A stretch of 38,007 nt of DNA from a virus (lineage: Duplodnaviria > Caudoviricetes): positions 1 to 38,007 of the IMG/VR virus record IMGVR_UViG_3300022179_000796; one strand, given 5' to 3'. Shown piece by piece: positions 1 to 9,910 of the stretch (positions within the stretch are counted from its first letter, which is position 1; each line of letters starts with the position of its first letter). The position numbers and the translations under genes are program-made. The notes below the pieces were generated by a model, which searched no databases, was not told where the DNA came from, and saw only the letters and a list, made by a program, of their open reading frames with translations.

Positions 1-1
1 A

Positions 2-127
2 CGTTGTAGTGACGGAACGCGATGCTTTCCGTCACGCCAGGGCTCTGCGCGTCGTTGTACCTCACGCGGATATCTTCGATGTTCAACGGGCCGGCGTTGC
101 CCTGGCTCTCGAACACCATCTGAGGAT
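2..127. repeat. Terminal direct repeat, left copy (circular overlap)
   Basis: 126 bp identical to 37881-38006; the tailspike ORF reads in frame across the join. Confidence 0.95.
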
Positions 128-1310
128 TCGTCGTTGCGAGCGAACCGACGCTGGTGAAGTCGAGGTCAAAGTTCTTTGTCAGGTAACCCGTTTGGCGCGT
201 CTTAATCAGGAAGTCGGCATTGCCGCGCGCATCATGGTTGCGGGAAACACAGCGCGCCTTGTAGTTTTCTCCGCCGACAACGAAGAACGACCGGATTGCA
301 CTGTAGGCGCGGTAATCTAAAGTCACGTCGAACATGTTGCTCGTGGACGTGAACCCGTAGTAAGTGTGATGGGCCTCGTACTCCGCCCATAGATTGCGGG
401 CCTCGGCGACTGCGCTAACGCAATCGAACGGGGATACCATGTCGATAAATCTACCGCCAGTTACGCGAAGGTTGTACACCGGCCCGACAACTGGATTCAA
501 CCGAATCGCGGTGATTCCCTGGAACTCGACAGAGTCGTCATATCCCAGATCTTGGATCACCGGATTTTCCAACGTGAATCCGTCCACATCATCAAGCTCA
601 AACAGCGGCGCGTTCCACAGACCTGTCGTATTGACGGTGATCTTTGCGCCGTTGAACCTGATTCCGAGATCCTCACCAGACACTTCAAATATGGCGGCTG
701 CACTTGTGACGGCACCGAGGAAGTAGGTTTTCCCTTCAGTCAGCATCAGCCATTGGTTGCATGACAAAGCAGTAGCGAATGCCGTACGGTCGTCCGTGGA
801 GCCATTCCCGACTGCACCGTAGCGCTCGGGCCTGCCAGGAATATAGGCGTAGTTTGTTGGGGTGACGCCAGCGGCAATTTCACCTGCTGATCGGCTGAAT
901 GTGTAGTTGAGGAACTGACCGAGGCCGCCAGCGTAAGACAGCGCCGGGTTGTATCCAGTGAGGAATATCCCCTTGGCTGGGTCTGCGGTGCTTGCCAAAT
1001 CGGCGCGGAGAGCTGCGTCAAGGGTCGCCGCGCTCGGGTCGATGTTGATGTTTTCAACAACGTAGATCAGCCCACCGGCCGCCGTCTCCAACTTGACGTT
1101 GTAACCACCGGACCAGAATACCGTAGCCTCACCGCGGGCATTGAGGATGATCGGGTTTGTGTTCAGCGCCGTAGCGCCTGCGTCGGACCATGTATCTTTC
1201 GGCGTGGTGATACCCGCGCCTGGTTGCCAAGTGTACAGTTTGCCACCAGCCAGCGGATCGCCGTTGGAGTCGAAAAACTGCTGTTTGCCGTTCGGTAGTA
1301 CGATAGCCAT
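2..1310 (-). CDS. Tailspike / receptor-binding protein, 5' part (about 625 aa in total, continues at 37312-37998)
   Basis: Hand-translated from ATG 1310: MAIVLPNGKQQFFDSNGDPLAGGKLYTW...NPIILNARGEA (phage tailspike N-terminal anchor), then YGAVGNGSTDDRTAF (beta-helix cap motif). Open to the window edge and in frame with the 37998 ORF. Missing from the ORF track because it crosses the origin. Confidence 0.85.
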   Translation of the reverse strand, partial: MAIVLPNGKQQFFDSNGDPLAGGKLYTWQPGAGITTPKDTWSDAGATALNTNPIILNARGEATVFWSGGYNVKLETAAGGLIYVVENINIDPSAATLDAALRADLASTADPAKGIFLTGYNPALSYAGGLGQFLNYTFSRSAGEIAAGVTPTNYAYIPGRPERYGAVGNGSTDDRTAFATALSCNQWLMLTEGKTYFLGAVTSAAAIFEVSGEDLGIRFNGAKITVNTTGLWNAPLFELDDVDGFTLENPVIQDLGYDDSVEFQGITAIRLNPVVGPVYNLRVTGGRFIDMVSPFDCVSAVAEARNLWAEYEAHHTYYGFTSTSNMFDVTLDYRAYSAIRSFFVVGGENYKARCVSRNHDARGNADFLIKTRQTGYLTKNFDLDFTSVGSLATTNPQMVFESQGNAGPLNIEDIRVRYNDAQSPGVTESIAFRHYN

Positions 1311-1367
1311 ATGGAGAGCCTTTTAAGAGCGCTTGCGCCGTTGGTTGGTGTTGGGCTCTACACCCTG

Positions 1368-3413
1368 CTATTTGACTTGCTCCGCGCTCGCCGCGCCCGC
1401 TCCAACAGCGGTGAGTCTCAGAAGCTTCGACAAGTCTTCTACGTCCTTGGCCGACAGCTTGGGCACAGTCTTCGGCACCTCCGCAGCAAGCGCCTTCGAC
1501 ACCGTTCGGTCATTGCTGATAGCGGTTTGCGCCGCCTTGCCAACAGCGAGAACCGGCGAGATTCCAGGAATGCGGCCGGCGATGTTCATCAGCGCGCCAA
1601 AGTTTCCGGAAGTCTGGACCGGGGCGGCGTTTGGGAACTGGTGGATGTAAGCCGCGATCCGCCCAAGCCGCTCTAGTTGCTGAATCTCAGCATCAGAGTA
1701 GAAGGCGCGCAGCTTGTCGGTGCCGATGCGGCGGATGGTTTCCATATACCGCTCAGCAGAAAACGCTTTGTCGCCAGCCACGTTCTGCCCGAAAGCCGCC
1801 CTACGCAGCTCATCGCCGATCTGCGCTTTTGCTTGCGTGTAGGCTTGCGGCGCCTCGGCCTTGAGGATCTTCGCTAGGCCGTTTACTTCATCGGTCTTGC
1901 CGCTGATGACGAAGCGCTTCACGAAGTCGTCCGCAGCCACCTTGCCGCTCTGCGCTGCTTCCAAAGCAGGCACAGCATCACGAAGGGCGAACAGTTCCGC
2001 CGCTTTCTTGCGAGCTGGCGCAAAAACATCATCCACCCCCGCGTCATCAAGAATCGACTTCTTCACAGCGGAGCGAAGCTCGCTCAATGCGGACATCACA
2101 GCAGGCTCGTTACTGCCTTGCTTGTTGATCTCCTTCATCAGCTTGTCTGCCTCTTCAACCGTAAACAGCTTGCGTTGGTTGTTCACTTCTGACGGGTCTA
2201 GGCCGTACTTTGCGAACTGGCCACGAATGCCAGATGGAACAGCGGTGCGGTAACGGTCAAAAATGTCGGCCACGTCTTGAGCAAGCCCCTGCATGGGCAC
2301 CTCGGCATCCTTGCCTGCGCTTTGGCGGGCCAGCTTGTAGGCGCCAGAGACTTCCGCGCTGCGGCGGTTCAGCGCCTTGTCTGCTGCGTCGCTGATGATG
2401 TTTCCTGCCGGGTATGCCTCTTTCGAGCCCTGAGCCAGTGCGCCAACCTTGGCCTGTAGTTGCTTTCCCTGCGTCTCGAAACGCTCCAGCAGCGGAGCCC
2501 CGGCGCCTGGCACTTGCCGAAGATTCCGCTCATCCGCGTACTGCCTGGCATCGCGCCCGATCTGGCCTAGCGTGCCCTGCATGCCTTCGGCGTCGAAGTC
2601 GGCCTTTCTGGCAAGCGCTGTCGGGTCTAACTTGGCATTCGCTGTCATCGCCGCATTGACCTGATCCCGAAGCTGCTGTTGCACTTGCGGCGCCATGTCC
2701 TCCCACTTCGTGCCGGCGTCGTCGGCGATCTGGCGCAGCGTGCTTTCAAGGTGCGTGATGTCCGTAACTTGCGACTTGCGCCCGGCAGCCCAGCGCCCGA
2801 AAGCGTCGCCAATTTTCCCGGCAATTGGCGTCAGAATCGCGCCGCCAACAGCACCAAGCCCGACCTGCGCGGCCTTCTGCTGCGCGAAGCTCGCGCTTGG
2901 GTCGGTCATGTCCACCGGCTGCAAGGCGCCACCAGCCGCCCCGGCCGCCGCCCCTGCGCCGACGCGCCCTAGCGCCGTTGCTGCGACAGGCAGGCGCGAG
3001 GCAATCGCCGCGTTTGCAGGAGACACGACATTTCCGACCAGTCGCGCGCCGTCGAATCCTTCTTGCCCGGTGGCGGTTCGCGCGGCCTGATAGTCGGCCT
3101 CGTTGCCAGCGTTCATGGCATCAACGCGCTTGGCCTCGCGGCCGAAGAAGTCGCTTACCGTGTTGGGGGTCATGCCGCCCAAGCTAGTGATGAATTCCAG
3201 CCCACGCGGCAGCAATTGCGCCCCGGCATCGATGGGGTCGCGCGTGCCTTGCAGGATTCGACCCGGGGCGCTGGCCTGCACCTTCTGGCTTGTGGTTGCC
3301 ACGGGCTTTTGCTTGACAAGAAGGCTCTGCACTGTCCGCTGGATGACAGCGGGGTCCGTGCCGTCTGGAAACTCCAGGCGGGTGCCGTCGTGCAGCTCGG
3401 CGGTGATGCTCAT
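1368..3413 (-). CDS. Internal virion / DNA ejection protein (P22 gp16-like position)
   Basis: 681 aa, Ala/Gly-rich and helical; third of three ejection-type genes before the tailspike. Confidence 0.65.
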   Translation of the reverse strand: MSITAELHDGTRLEFPDGTDPAVIQRTVQSLLVKQKPVATTSQKVQASAPGRILQGTRDPIDAGAQLLPRGLEFITSLGGMTPNTVSDFFGREAKRVDAMNAGNEADYQAARTATGQEGFDGARLVGNVVSPANAAIASRLPVAATALGRVGAGAAAGAAGGALQPVDMTDPSASFAQQKAAQVGLGAVGGAILTPIAGKIGDAFGRWAAGRKSQVTDITHLESTLRQIADDAGTKWEDMAPQVQQQLRDQVNAAMTANAKLDPTALARKADFDAEGMQGTLGQIGRDARQYADERNLRQVPGAGAPLLERFETQGKQLQAKVGALAQGSKEAYPAGNIISDAADKALNRRSAEVSGAYKLARQSAGKDAEVPMQGLAQDVADIFDRYRTAVPSGIRGQFAKYGLDPSEVNNQRKLFTVEEADKLMKEINKQGSNEPAVMSALSELRSAVKKSILDDAGVDDVFAPARKKAAELFALRDAVPALEAAQSGKVAADDFVKRFVISGKTDEVNGLAKILKAEAPQAYTQAKAQIGDELRRAAFGQNVAGDKAFSAERYMETIRRIGTDKLRAFYSDAEIQQLERLGRIAAYIHQFPNAAPVQTSGNFGALMNIAGRIPGISPVLAVGKAAQTAISNDRTVSKALAAEVPKTVPKLSAKDVEDLSKLLRLTAVGAGAASAEQVK

Positions 3414-4681
3414 GGCACCGGCCGCCCCATTGAGTCAAAGCGCAGGACCGGGCCAGGCGTCGGGGCCTTAGGCGCCGTTGCCTTCTGCCCGCGGTCAATA
3501 ATCACGTTTGCAGGATTGGCGCCGTATTGCCTAGCCCGACCCTCAAATGCGGCGTCAACTTCGCGTTGCGCTGCCTTTGCTTCCTCAAAAAGCGCGTCCG
3601 CAGCAGCCCCTAGGTTCTTGACCTGTTCCGCCGTCATCTTTTTGCCTGACATCAGTGTCGGGACAATGTTGGCTGCCCGGTCAAACCACCCAGAAGCATT
3701 TAGCGCCATTCCGAGTTCCGACTCGCGGACAACAGAATTCGGGTCCAGAATCTTCATGAACGCCGTGCCAGCAGCCAACGCAGAGCCTGGGTTTTTCTCT
3801 GCCGTTTGCAAGGCGCCCTTTACCTTTTTCATCGCAGTAGCGGTTTCGGAAAACCCCTTCGACTCGACGCGATAGTCATCCGCGAGCTTCATCTCGGTAT
3901 CTTGAGAACGCTTGGCTCCAGCCACGTCGCGCGTTGCTTGATTTGCATCCTTGGCAACGGCACGATTCAGCCTTCCCTCGCTCTTGACCCTCTCGTCCGT
4001 CATCACATCGCCAGGCGTGGCGGTTTTGGAGAACGACTGACCCGGCGTGACTTGTCCGGTGAGTTGGTCTGTGCTGAACTGCTGGTCTGCGCCGCCCATG
4101 TTGCGGATGTCCGTCTTCGGAAGCATCAGTTCAATGCGCTTGCTGGCGTCCATGACCTCCATGCCCTTAGACAGCAGGAATGGGCGAAGCTGTTCCGGCC
4201 GACCGGGAAGGGAACGCACCATTTGCGCGCCCTGCGCCTGGTCAATCAATCCTTGCTGAACAAGGTTCGTCACCGTGCCGATCACGTCTTGGTGTGTCAC
4301 GCTTGGGTTTGCTAGCAGCGAAGACAAGGCGGCTCCGGTGATGCCGAGTTTTTCTTTAGCCTGCTTGAGCTTCGCGGCCTCGTTCTCTGTGGTCGCCTTG
4401 GTCAGTTCCGCCTGTTGTTTCTGAAAGCCTGGGATGCGGGCACCAAGGCCTCGCTCTGCCATGCCAGACATCAGCGCTTGCTGGTCGTTCCCTGCAGAAC
4501 GGTAAAGATCAGCCAGCGTCTGCTGCTCCTGCTGCTCGCGCTGCGATCCCTGCAATTGGAACTGCCGCATCTGCTCCTGCAAGGACAGGTCGCGAAGCTG
4601 AGCCTGTTTGGCGCGAACGGTCAGCGGGTCGTCAAGCTGCGGGCCACGACCTTGGAGAGCGATAGATGCGTCAATCGCCAT
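3410..4681 (-). CDS. Internal virion / DNA ejection protein (gp20-like position)
   Basis: 423 aa, Gln-rich helical, with KILDPNSVVRESE motif; synteny. Confidence 0.65.
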   Translation of the reverse strand: MAIDASIALQGRGPQLDDPLTVRAKQAQLRDLSLQEQMRQFQLQGSQREQQEQQTLADLYRSAGNDQQALMSGMAERGLGARIPGFQKQQAELTKATTENEAAKLKQAKEKLGITGAALSSLLANPSVTHQDVIGTVTNLVQQGLIDQAQGAQMVRSLPGRPEQLRPFLLSKGMEVMDASKRIELMLPKTDIRNMGGADQQFSTDQLTGQVTPGQSFSKTATPGDVMTDERVKSEGRLNRAVAKDANQATRDVAGAKRSQDTEMKLADDYRVESKGFSETATAMKKVKGALQTAEKNPGSALAAGTAFMKILDPNSVVRESELGMALNASGWFDRAANIVPTLMSGKKMTAEQVKNLGAAADALFEEAKAAQREVDAAFEGRARQYGANPANVIIDRGQKATAPKAPTPGPVLRFDSMGRPVP

Positions 4682-4682
4682 G

Positions 4683-5390
4683 TCAGTCCCCGCTAGTGCC
4701 GTTGCCGTAGAAGAAATTGTTCAGGCCAGAAGTTCCCCAGGATGACCCGCCAGACGGCGCTGTTGATTGCTGCTGCCACCAGTTGCCGAGCGTCCCCAGC
4801 CCCTGATTGATGGCATTTGCCTGCCCAACAGTACCCGCCGCCCTGGCGTTGGAGGCCTGAGTCTGATAGTCGCCAATGTTGCCCGCCGTGGTCATGCCGG
4901 CTTGACTCACATCGCGCGTTGCTGTCTGCCCGAGCCCAGCAATTGAAGACAGCCTGTTAAACCTGCGGTCCCTGTCGGCGTTGAAGCGGTTATAGGCGTT
5001 GCCGTATTCCTGGCTTCCGAAGTTCTGGCCGTACTCAACCAAGTCTTTCCCGGCGCCACCAGAAAGAAGGCCGCCCCGCGCCGCAGCGCTTGACTCCAAC
5101 GCTCGTTGACCCTGCTTCATGCGGAAATCAAGGCCAGGGTCTGCGTTGAAGTCGGCCATCGTGAAATCACGATTAAAGTCTCCGCCCGCTGCGGTCCCAG
5201 ATGTAAGCTGGCCAAGCGCGCCAATCCCAGCATGCCGCCACGGCTCCTGCAGTTCAACTGTGCGGTTGAACATATCGAGTTGCGTTTGCGCGGCATTATC
5301 GGCGGACGCGGCTTGGTCTCTTGATGCGCTTCGTGATGCGCTGCTAGTAATCAGCGCGCCGCCGACAATTGCTGCTGCGGTCCACGGCAT
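4683..5390 (-). CDS. DNA ejection / pilot protein (gp7-like)
   Basis: MPWTAAAIVGGALI...DPGLDFRMKQGQRALESSAAARGGLLSG, typical of P22-like gp7 homologues. Confidence 0.75.
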   Translation of the reverse strand: MPWTAAAIVGGALITSSASRSASRDQAASADNAAQTQLDMFNRTVELQEPWRHAGIGALGQLTSGTAAGGDFNRDFTMADFNADPGLDFRMKQGQRALESSAAARGGLLSGGAGKDLVEYGQNFGSQEYGNAYNRFNADRDRRFNRLSSIAGLGQTATRDVSQAGMTTAGNIGDYQTQASNARAAGTVGQANAINQGLGTLGNWWQQQSTAPSGGSSWGTSGLNNFFYGNGTSGD

Positions 5391-5391
5391 T

Positions 5392-5931
5392 TTACGGCTC
5401 CCTACGGATGCACACGATCATCGTGATGCGCTCGTGATCTGTTTGGTTCGTCACCCAATGGGTGTGCGAGTTATCAAAGAAGAACAAGTCTCCTGGCTTT
5501 GTCTCAAGCTCTTCGCCTTCAAAGCAGAACTTTTGCCCTGGTGCGCTGGCAAGCTGAAGCGCGAATTTGTCGTATCGTCTTGCGTGCCACCCCGGATCTT
5601 TGTGGGGCCGACACACGGCGCCTGGCGGGATGCGCGTGATAAGCACGCCCCCCAACTCAACCCCGTTGACAAAGCGCATGATGTCAAGGCAGATAGGCTT
5701 AACGCCAAGGATGTCCGCGGACGGATACCACCTAGATTCGTGCGGGCCATCGCGTTTTGCGTCTTCTTGCGATCCAAAGCGGCACCAAATGTCATCTAGG
5801 CCAAAATGTGGACTCTTTTCGTCCTTTGTTCTGTCGTTAAACTCATTCCATAGCTGCGGATTCGCCTGAAGTTCCCAGCGAATCGCATTCACTGGAATTC
5901 CTCGCTGCAAAAGCCTAATCTTTTCCATCAC
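5392..5931 (-). CDS. Aspartyl/asparaginyl beta-hydroxylase-like 2OG-Fe(II) oxygenase
   Basis: HKD...[12 protein letters not shown]...RITMIVCIR gives the HxD...H triad and 2OG-binding Arg. Confidence 0.8.
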   Translation of the reverse strand: MMEKIRLLQRGIPVNAIRWELQANPQLWNEFNDRTKDEKSPHFGLDDIWCRFGSQEDAKRDGPHESRWYPSADILGVKPICLDIMRFVNGVELGGVLITRIPPGAVCRPHKDPGWHARRYDKFALQLASAPGQKFCFEGEELETKPGDLFFFDNSHTHWVTNQTDHERITMIVCIRREP

Positions 5932-6119
5932 TCAGGCCCAACCATGAAGCGTCGATCTCGCTCTGCCAGCATCTCGTCAGCAATTGACGCGCACTCTTTG
6001 CAGCTACGCGGCGTCGCCGCGTCTCGCGTGGTTCCAGGGTGCAGGCTCATGCTGACGACAGATGCAAAATACATGTCCCAGGCCTGGCGGCGCATAGTGC
6101 TGTTCAGATCTTCGCTCAT
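5928..6119 (-). CDS. Hypothetical protein
   Basis: 63 aa with 4-bp overlaps to both neighbours; ADEMLAER motif. Confidence 0.7.
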   Translation of the reverse strand: MSEDLNSTMRRQAWDMYFASVVSMSLHPGTTRDAATPRSCKECASIADEMLAERDRRFMVGPE

Positions 6120-6475
6120 GCCGTGATCCGATTCACGTAGCCCGTGATGTTGATCGCGCTGGCTGTGCCGGAGAACGCCCGCACCGCAAGACCACCATTG
6201 AGCACTTGGCCGACAGCAATCGGCGTCGGTGCCGAGTTTGCCGCCAGGATGTAGCCCTTCATCATGTGGCTTGCTGGGTCAGCAACGCCGCCCCATTCAA
6301 GCGTCAGGGTAGCAGACGCGCCAGTCACGTTTGAAGCCCAAATGTAGACCTCATCAAATGACGTAGAGCCAGCCACCGCGGTGTGCAGCAGAGTTCCGGG
6401 CGTTGCGGTCGCAGCAACAGGGATTGGTGCGCCGCTTGTGCTGCCAGAAAGGAGCGCGCGGGTATATATCGCCAT
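6116..6475 (-). CDS. Putative virion structural protein
   Basis: 119 aa, beta-rich, coupled within the tail module. Confidence 0.6.
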   Translation of the reverse strand: MAIYTRALLSGSTSGAPIPVAATATPGTLLHTAVAGSTSFDEVYIWASNVTGASATLTLEWGGVADPASHMMKGYILAANSAPTPIAVGQVLNGGLAVRAFSGTASAINITGYVNRITA

Positions 6476-6807
6476 CAGCGGGCTCCGAAAACGCGGCCAC
6501 AGATGACGCTGTTTGCGTCATCCGGTTGCTGTGTCATGGGGATGTGGCGCGGCAGGAACGTGTCTAGATAGCGCACGTCTGCGGGCTCCTGGGGCATTTG
6601 CACTTGCCGTCCGAACACACCCAGCGCAGAAGCTGTTGCGCGCTGATCTGCGGCATCGACGGCCGCCTGAAGTTCGCTCGGCGACAGCGCAACACTGCCG
6701 CCCACGCGGTTGTAAAGATCTTGGAAATACAGCGACCAGGGTCGAGTGATGTTGCCTCGTTCATCGACAAGGCGGATTCGCGGCGGTGGCGGGACAAGGA
6801 CGGTCAT
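6475..6807 (-). CDS. Putative tail needle / tail accessory protein
   Basis: Follows the gp10-like gene; PPPRIRLVD...ITRPWSLYF N-terminus. Confidence 0.5.
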   Translation of the reverse strand: MTVLVPPPPRIRLVDERGNITRPWSLYFQDLYNRVGGSVALSPSELQAAVDAADQRATASALGVFGRQVQMPQEPADVRYLDTFLPRHIPMTQQPDDANSVICGRVFGAR

Positions 6808-8231
6808 GTGCTCACATCCAACATGGCGCCAGTCATCACCCGCTTCACCGGGTCAGTGATCGTCACCCGGAAGACGCGAGACAGGCCAAAGCGGCGCGGA
6901 GTCCCCAGCCTTCTCCATCTTACACGAAGTTGGTACTCGCCAACTTTTCCTATCTTCGCTTCGTGCTGGTTGCTCCATGTCTTCCCGCCGTCGTCGCTCC
7001 ACTGGAGAAGCGCAACCGGATCGCTGCCAGGGCCTACGGTGGTGCCAACACCTGTTTCAAAGTCGATCTGCAGCATGTTGTAAGACCGCGCACTAACGAA
7101 TGCGCCAGTCCTGCGTGACACGATCAAGGCGCCGTTGTCCGTGTAGGTGTTTAGGTCAAGGTAATACAGTTCATTGCCCGCCCAATCGCCCACGATGTTC
7201 TTGTTTGCAAACGCCATCTGACACTGCGCGCGGTGCCGATGAAGCTGTCCAGTGGAGGGGTCACGCCAAGCCCGCTCATGCCATAGTCCGACAGATGCGT
7301 CAAAGCACCATGTTCTGTCCCCAACGTTCAGGACATAGAAGGCGTGGCTTTCTTGCTGGTAGGTCCAGGCGATAGCGCCAGAAAGATCCTCTACCTGTGA
7401 GATTGCGTATTCAATGGCCGGCGTGCTGACGCGCTGCGGCTCATAAGCTCCCGCTGCTCTCCAGACCGTCCCGCGTCCGTTGTCATCGGCCCCAAGCCAA
7501 TACACCGTGTTGTCCATCTTTGCGATGGAAAACGCGGCCGCGCAGCCATGCTCGATCACGGCGCCCTGGATGCGCTGGAGCGGCCGGTCTGGGTCGCTCG
7601 TGACCGAAAACACCTCGGTTGTCGTTTCGCCGAAATACCAGTATTCAAGGTGGTCAACGATCTGGCCGACGCCGTTATCAGGGGATGCCTCGGCGGTAAA
7701 GAAGGAAAGCGGCTCAATGTCCGTGCTATAGAGGTTGCTGTATTGCGCCCGCCCGGTGTTTGGGACATTCCAAACGTAGTAGCCAGAGATAAATCCGACT
7801 TGAACGGCGCCGAGAAAGTCCGTGTCTGTGATCTGCGTTACCGTATTCAGCGCCGTGTCAACAACGAACATGTCGGGATTGGTTGTGATCACGACAGTAA
7901 CGCCGTTACTCGCCATGCTGACAGGGGCGCTTGTCAGGGTCACAATGCCGATGATCGTTGACGTGCCATCGGCGGCGACACGGTGCACGTTCTCGCCAAC
8001 AACGACAAATGCCGTTTGGGTGTTGAACCTCAGCATTCCTCTAACACCGGCTGCGCCAGCGAGAGAGGTCCATGCCACTAGGCCCGGCGTCCCATAAAGC
8101 GCCGCAACGCTCTTGGACGATCCTACCGCCGAAGTCTCGGGGTAGAGATTCAGGCACGTCTCGGCGTCAAAATTGGTAGACCTCGCGGTATACGCGCCGC
8201 CGATGAAGCCTTGGTATGGAACGAGGGCCAT
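6804..8231 (-). CDS. Packaged DNA stabilization protein (P22 gp10-like tail hub)
   Basis: 475 aa; CLNLYPE, LYGTPGL, WSDDGGKTW, WRRLG motifs. Confidence 0.85.
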   Translation of the reverse strand: MALVPYQGFIGGAYTARSTNFDAETCLNLYPETSAVGSSKSVAALYGTPGLVAWTSLAGAAGVRGMLRFNTQTAFVVVGENVHRVAADGTSTIIGIVTLTSAPVSMASNGVTVVITTNPDMFVVDTALNTVTQITDTDFLGAVQVGFISGYYVWNVPNTGRAQYSNLYSTDIEPLSFFTAEASPDNGVGQIVDHLEYWYFGETTTEVFSVTSDPDRPLQRIQGAVIEHGCAAAFSIAKMDNTVYWLGADDNGRGTVWRAAGAYEPQRVSTPAIEYAISQVEDLSGAIAWTYQQESHAFYVLNVGDRTWCFDASVGLWHERAWRDPSTGQLHRHRAQCQMAFANKNIVGDWAGNELYYLDLNTYTDNGALIVSRRTGAFVSARSYNMLQIDFETGVGTTVGPGSDPVALLQWSDDGGKTWSNQHEAKIGKVGEYQLRVRWRRLGTPRRFGLSRVFRVTITDPVKRVMTGAMLDVST

Positions 8232-8926
8232 TAGTATCCACGTTGCCAGTAAGCGAAAGCCGGCTCGCCTAGTAGCGTCTGGTCATACGCGGCGACGACG
8301 CGCTTTTTGTTTGCTCGCTTGAGGTCTGCCTTGGAGCTAACCGCAATCGCCGACACGGCTGGAGGCGGGGTGACGCCATATTCAGGCGCGAGATTGGTCG
8401 CAAGTGTGTACCGCAGCGCCTTTTCATAGCCAGGCGGGAAGGACAGCACGCTAGCCAGCGTCAGCGGGAATGTCAGCACCCGATCAACCGCAAAACTAGC
8501 CGTGCTGGCAGTGGCGGGAACCGGATACAGGATGATCTGACCGAGCGGGTATTCGTTGAGGTAAACGAACCGCTGAGAAATGCCGCCGATGCTCTTGACG
8601 GCCAAGCTGTTCCACTCTTCCAGCCCCCATTGAGTCATGGGGAAGTCGGCGCCGTTCACTGACGTGTAGGACAGGCCGATTCGGATGGGGCGAGTTGTGT
8701 TGAAGTCGCCACCAGGCCCGATGGTGTAGGTCGATTGTCCAGGGGTCAGAGCCCCCGTGAAGTTGTCCGTCTGCCAAACGGCCAGGTTCTCCAGGCTCCA
8801 GTTTTCGAGAATGTCGTTCAGTGACTTCAGTCCGTCCGTTGCCTCATCTGCGGTCGCGGTTTCGCCGCTGGCAAGGATTGTTGCCAGCCGCATGGACGAC
8901 TCGATCAATTCCAGGGCCGAAGTCAT
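8231..8926 (-). CDS. Head-tail adaptor (P22 gp4-like)
   Basis: GETATADEATDGLKSLND and FPPGYEKALRYTLATNLAPEYG motifs; synteny. Confidence 0.8.
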   Translation of the reverse strand: MTSALELIESSMRLATILASGETATADEATDGLKSLNDILENWSLENLAVWQTDNFTGALTPGQSTYTIGPGGDFNTTRPIRIGLSYTSVNGADFPMTQWGLEEWNSLAVKSIGGISQRFVYLNEYPLGQIILYPVPATASTASFAVDRVLTFPLTLASVLSFPPGYEKALRYTLATNLAPEYGVTPPPAVSAIAVSSKADLKRANKKRVVAAYDQTLLGEPAFAYWQRGY

Positions 8927-8936
8927 TGAACACCTT

Positions 8937-8964
8937 CAAAAGGCCCCGAGCCGAAGCCCGGGGC
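8937..8964 (-). terminator. Rho-independent terminator after the head genes
   Basis: GCCCCGGGC-TTCG-GCTCGGGGC hairpin followed by CTTTT on the minus strand. Confidence 0.7.
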
Positions 8965-8994
8965 GAAGACCTCTTTGCAAGGTCAGGAGGAGAC

Positions 8995-9387
8995 TCAGTT
9001 CTTCGGCGTCATGCCGAGCGGGTTCAAGATGCACCAGTCGATCAGCGTCGCAGCCGTGGCGTTGGCCGTGCCGTAGATCGTGAACGAACCATCAGCGCAG
9101 ACGATGCGCTCAACCCGAAGCAGCGTGCCGTCAGCAGCGGCCTGGGCAACGCATGCCCACACCTTGCTTTCTGCGGTCACGTTCGGGTTTGTGACAACCA
9201 GCGAACTCGCGCCGATGGCAACCGAAACACGACCCTCCATCTCGGTCGTGGTCACGGCGCCAGTGGTGATGGTGCCGCCGTCAGTCGCAAAGCCGCTGTC
9301 GATCAGCGCTGTCTCGGTCGAGGTGCGGAACTGCCGGATCGTGCCGGCTGCGTAACCCCCGTAGGGGCGGAGAAGGGTGACAGTCAT
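8995..9387 (-). CDS. Putative capsid decoration protein
   Basis: 130 aa downstream of the coat gene; its N-terminus resembles that of 12078-13970. Confidence 0.6.
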   Translation of the reverse strand: MTVTLLRPYGGYAAGTIRQFRTSTETALIDSGFATDGGTITTGAVTTTEMEGRVSVAIGASSLVVTNPNVTAESKVWACVAQAAADGTLLRVERIVCADGSFTIYGTANATAATLIDWCILNPLGMTPKN

Positions 9388-9415
9388 TTCATGTCCTTAG
9401 GTGTACAATTCAGGG

Positions 9416-9910
9416 ATGAACACAATTAGCCACCCGCGCTTGCGCGAGCTTCTGCATTACGACCCAAACACCGGCGTGTTTACGCGGCGCACGGACAACA
9501 AGCGCGGATGCCGCGTTGGCGATATCTCTGGTTCGGTTAATCAGGACGGGTACAACTACCTGATGACCGACCGAAGAACCTACGCCAGCCATCGTCTTGC
9601 GTGGTTTTACGTTTACGGCGTTTGGCCGTCCTACGATATTGACCACATTAACGGCGACAAACTTGACAACAGAATCAACAACCTGCGCGATGCGCCCACG
9701 CAAATCAACATGCAGAACGAGCGCAGACCGCGCAAGAACAACAAGGCTGGATTGATGGGAGTCCACTTCAGGAAAGACCGGAATAAATGGGTTGCTGCGG
9801 TTCGAGTGGCTGGTAAGTCGATCCGGTGCGGCGCTTTTGATAATCCCGAGGATGCGCATAAGGCATACCTTGAAATGAAGCGAAAGCACCACCCCGGATT
9901 CAACCTTTAA
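9416..9910 (+). CDS. HNH homing endonuclease (HNH_3 with AP2-like C-terminus)
   Basis: LRELLHYDPNTGVF, HRLAW, IDHINGDKLDNRINNLR, GVHFRKDRNKW; antisense to the late operon. Confidence 0.9.
   Translation: MNTISHPRLRELLHYDPNTGVFTRRTDNKRGCRVGDISGSVNQDGYNYLMTDRRTYASHRLAWFYVYGVWPSYDIDHINGDKLDNRINNLRDAPTQINMQNERRPRKNNKAGLMGVHFRKDRNKWVAAVRVAGKSIRCGAFDNPEDAHKAYLEMKRKHHPGFNL

Noticed and set aside
2-127. Terminal repeat as a biological direct terminal repeat
   Set aside because: It lies in the middle of the tailspike gene and its length matches a typical assembler k-mer overlap, so it is more likely a circularisation artefact.
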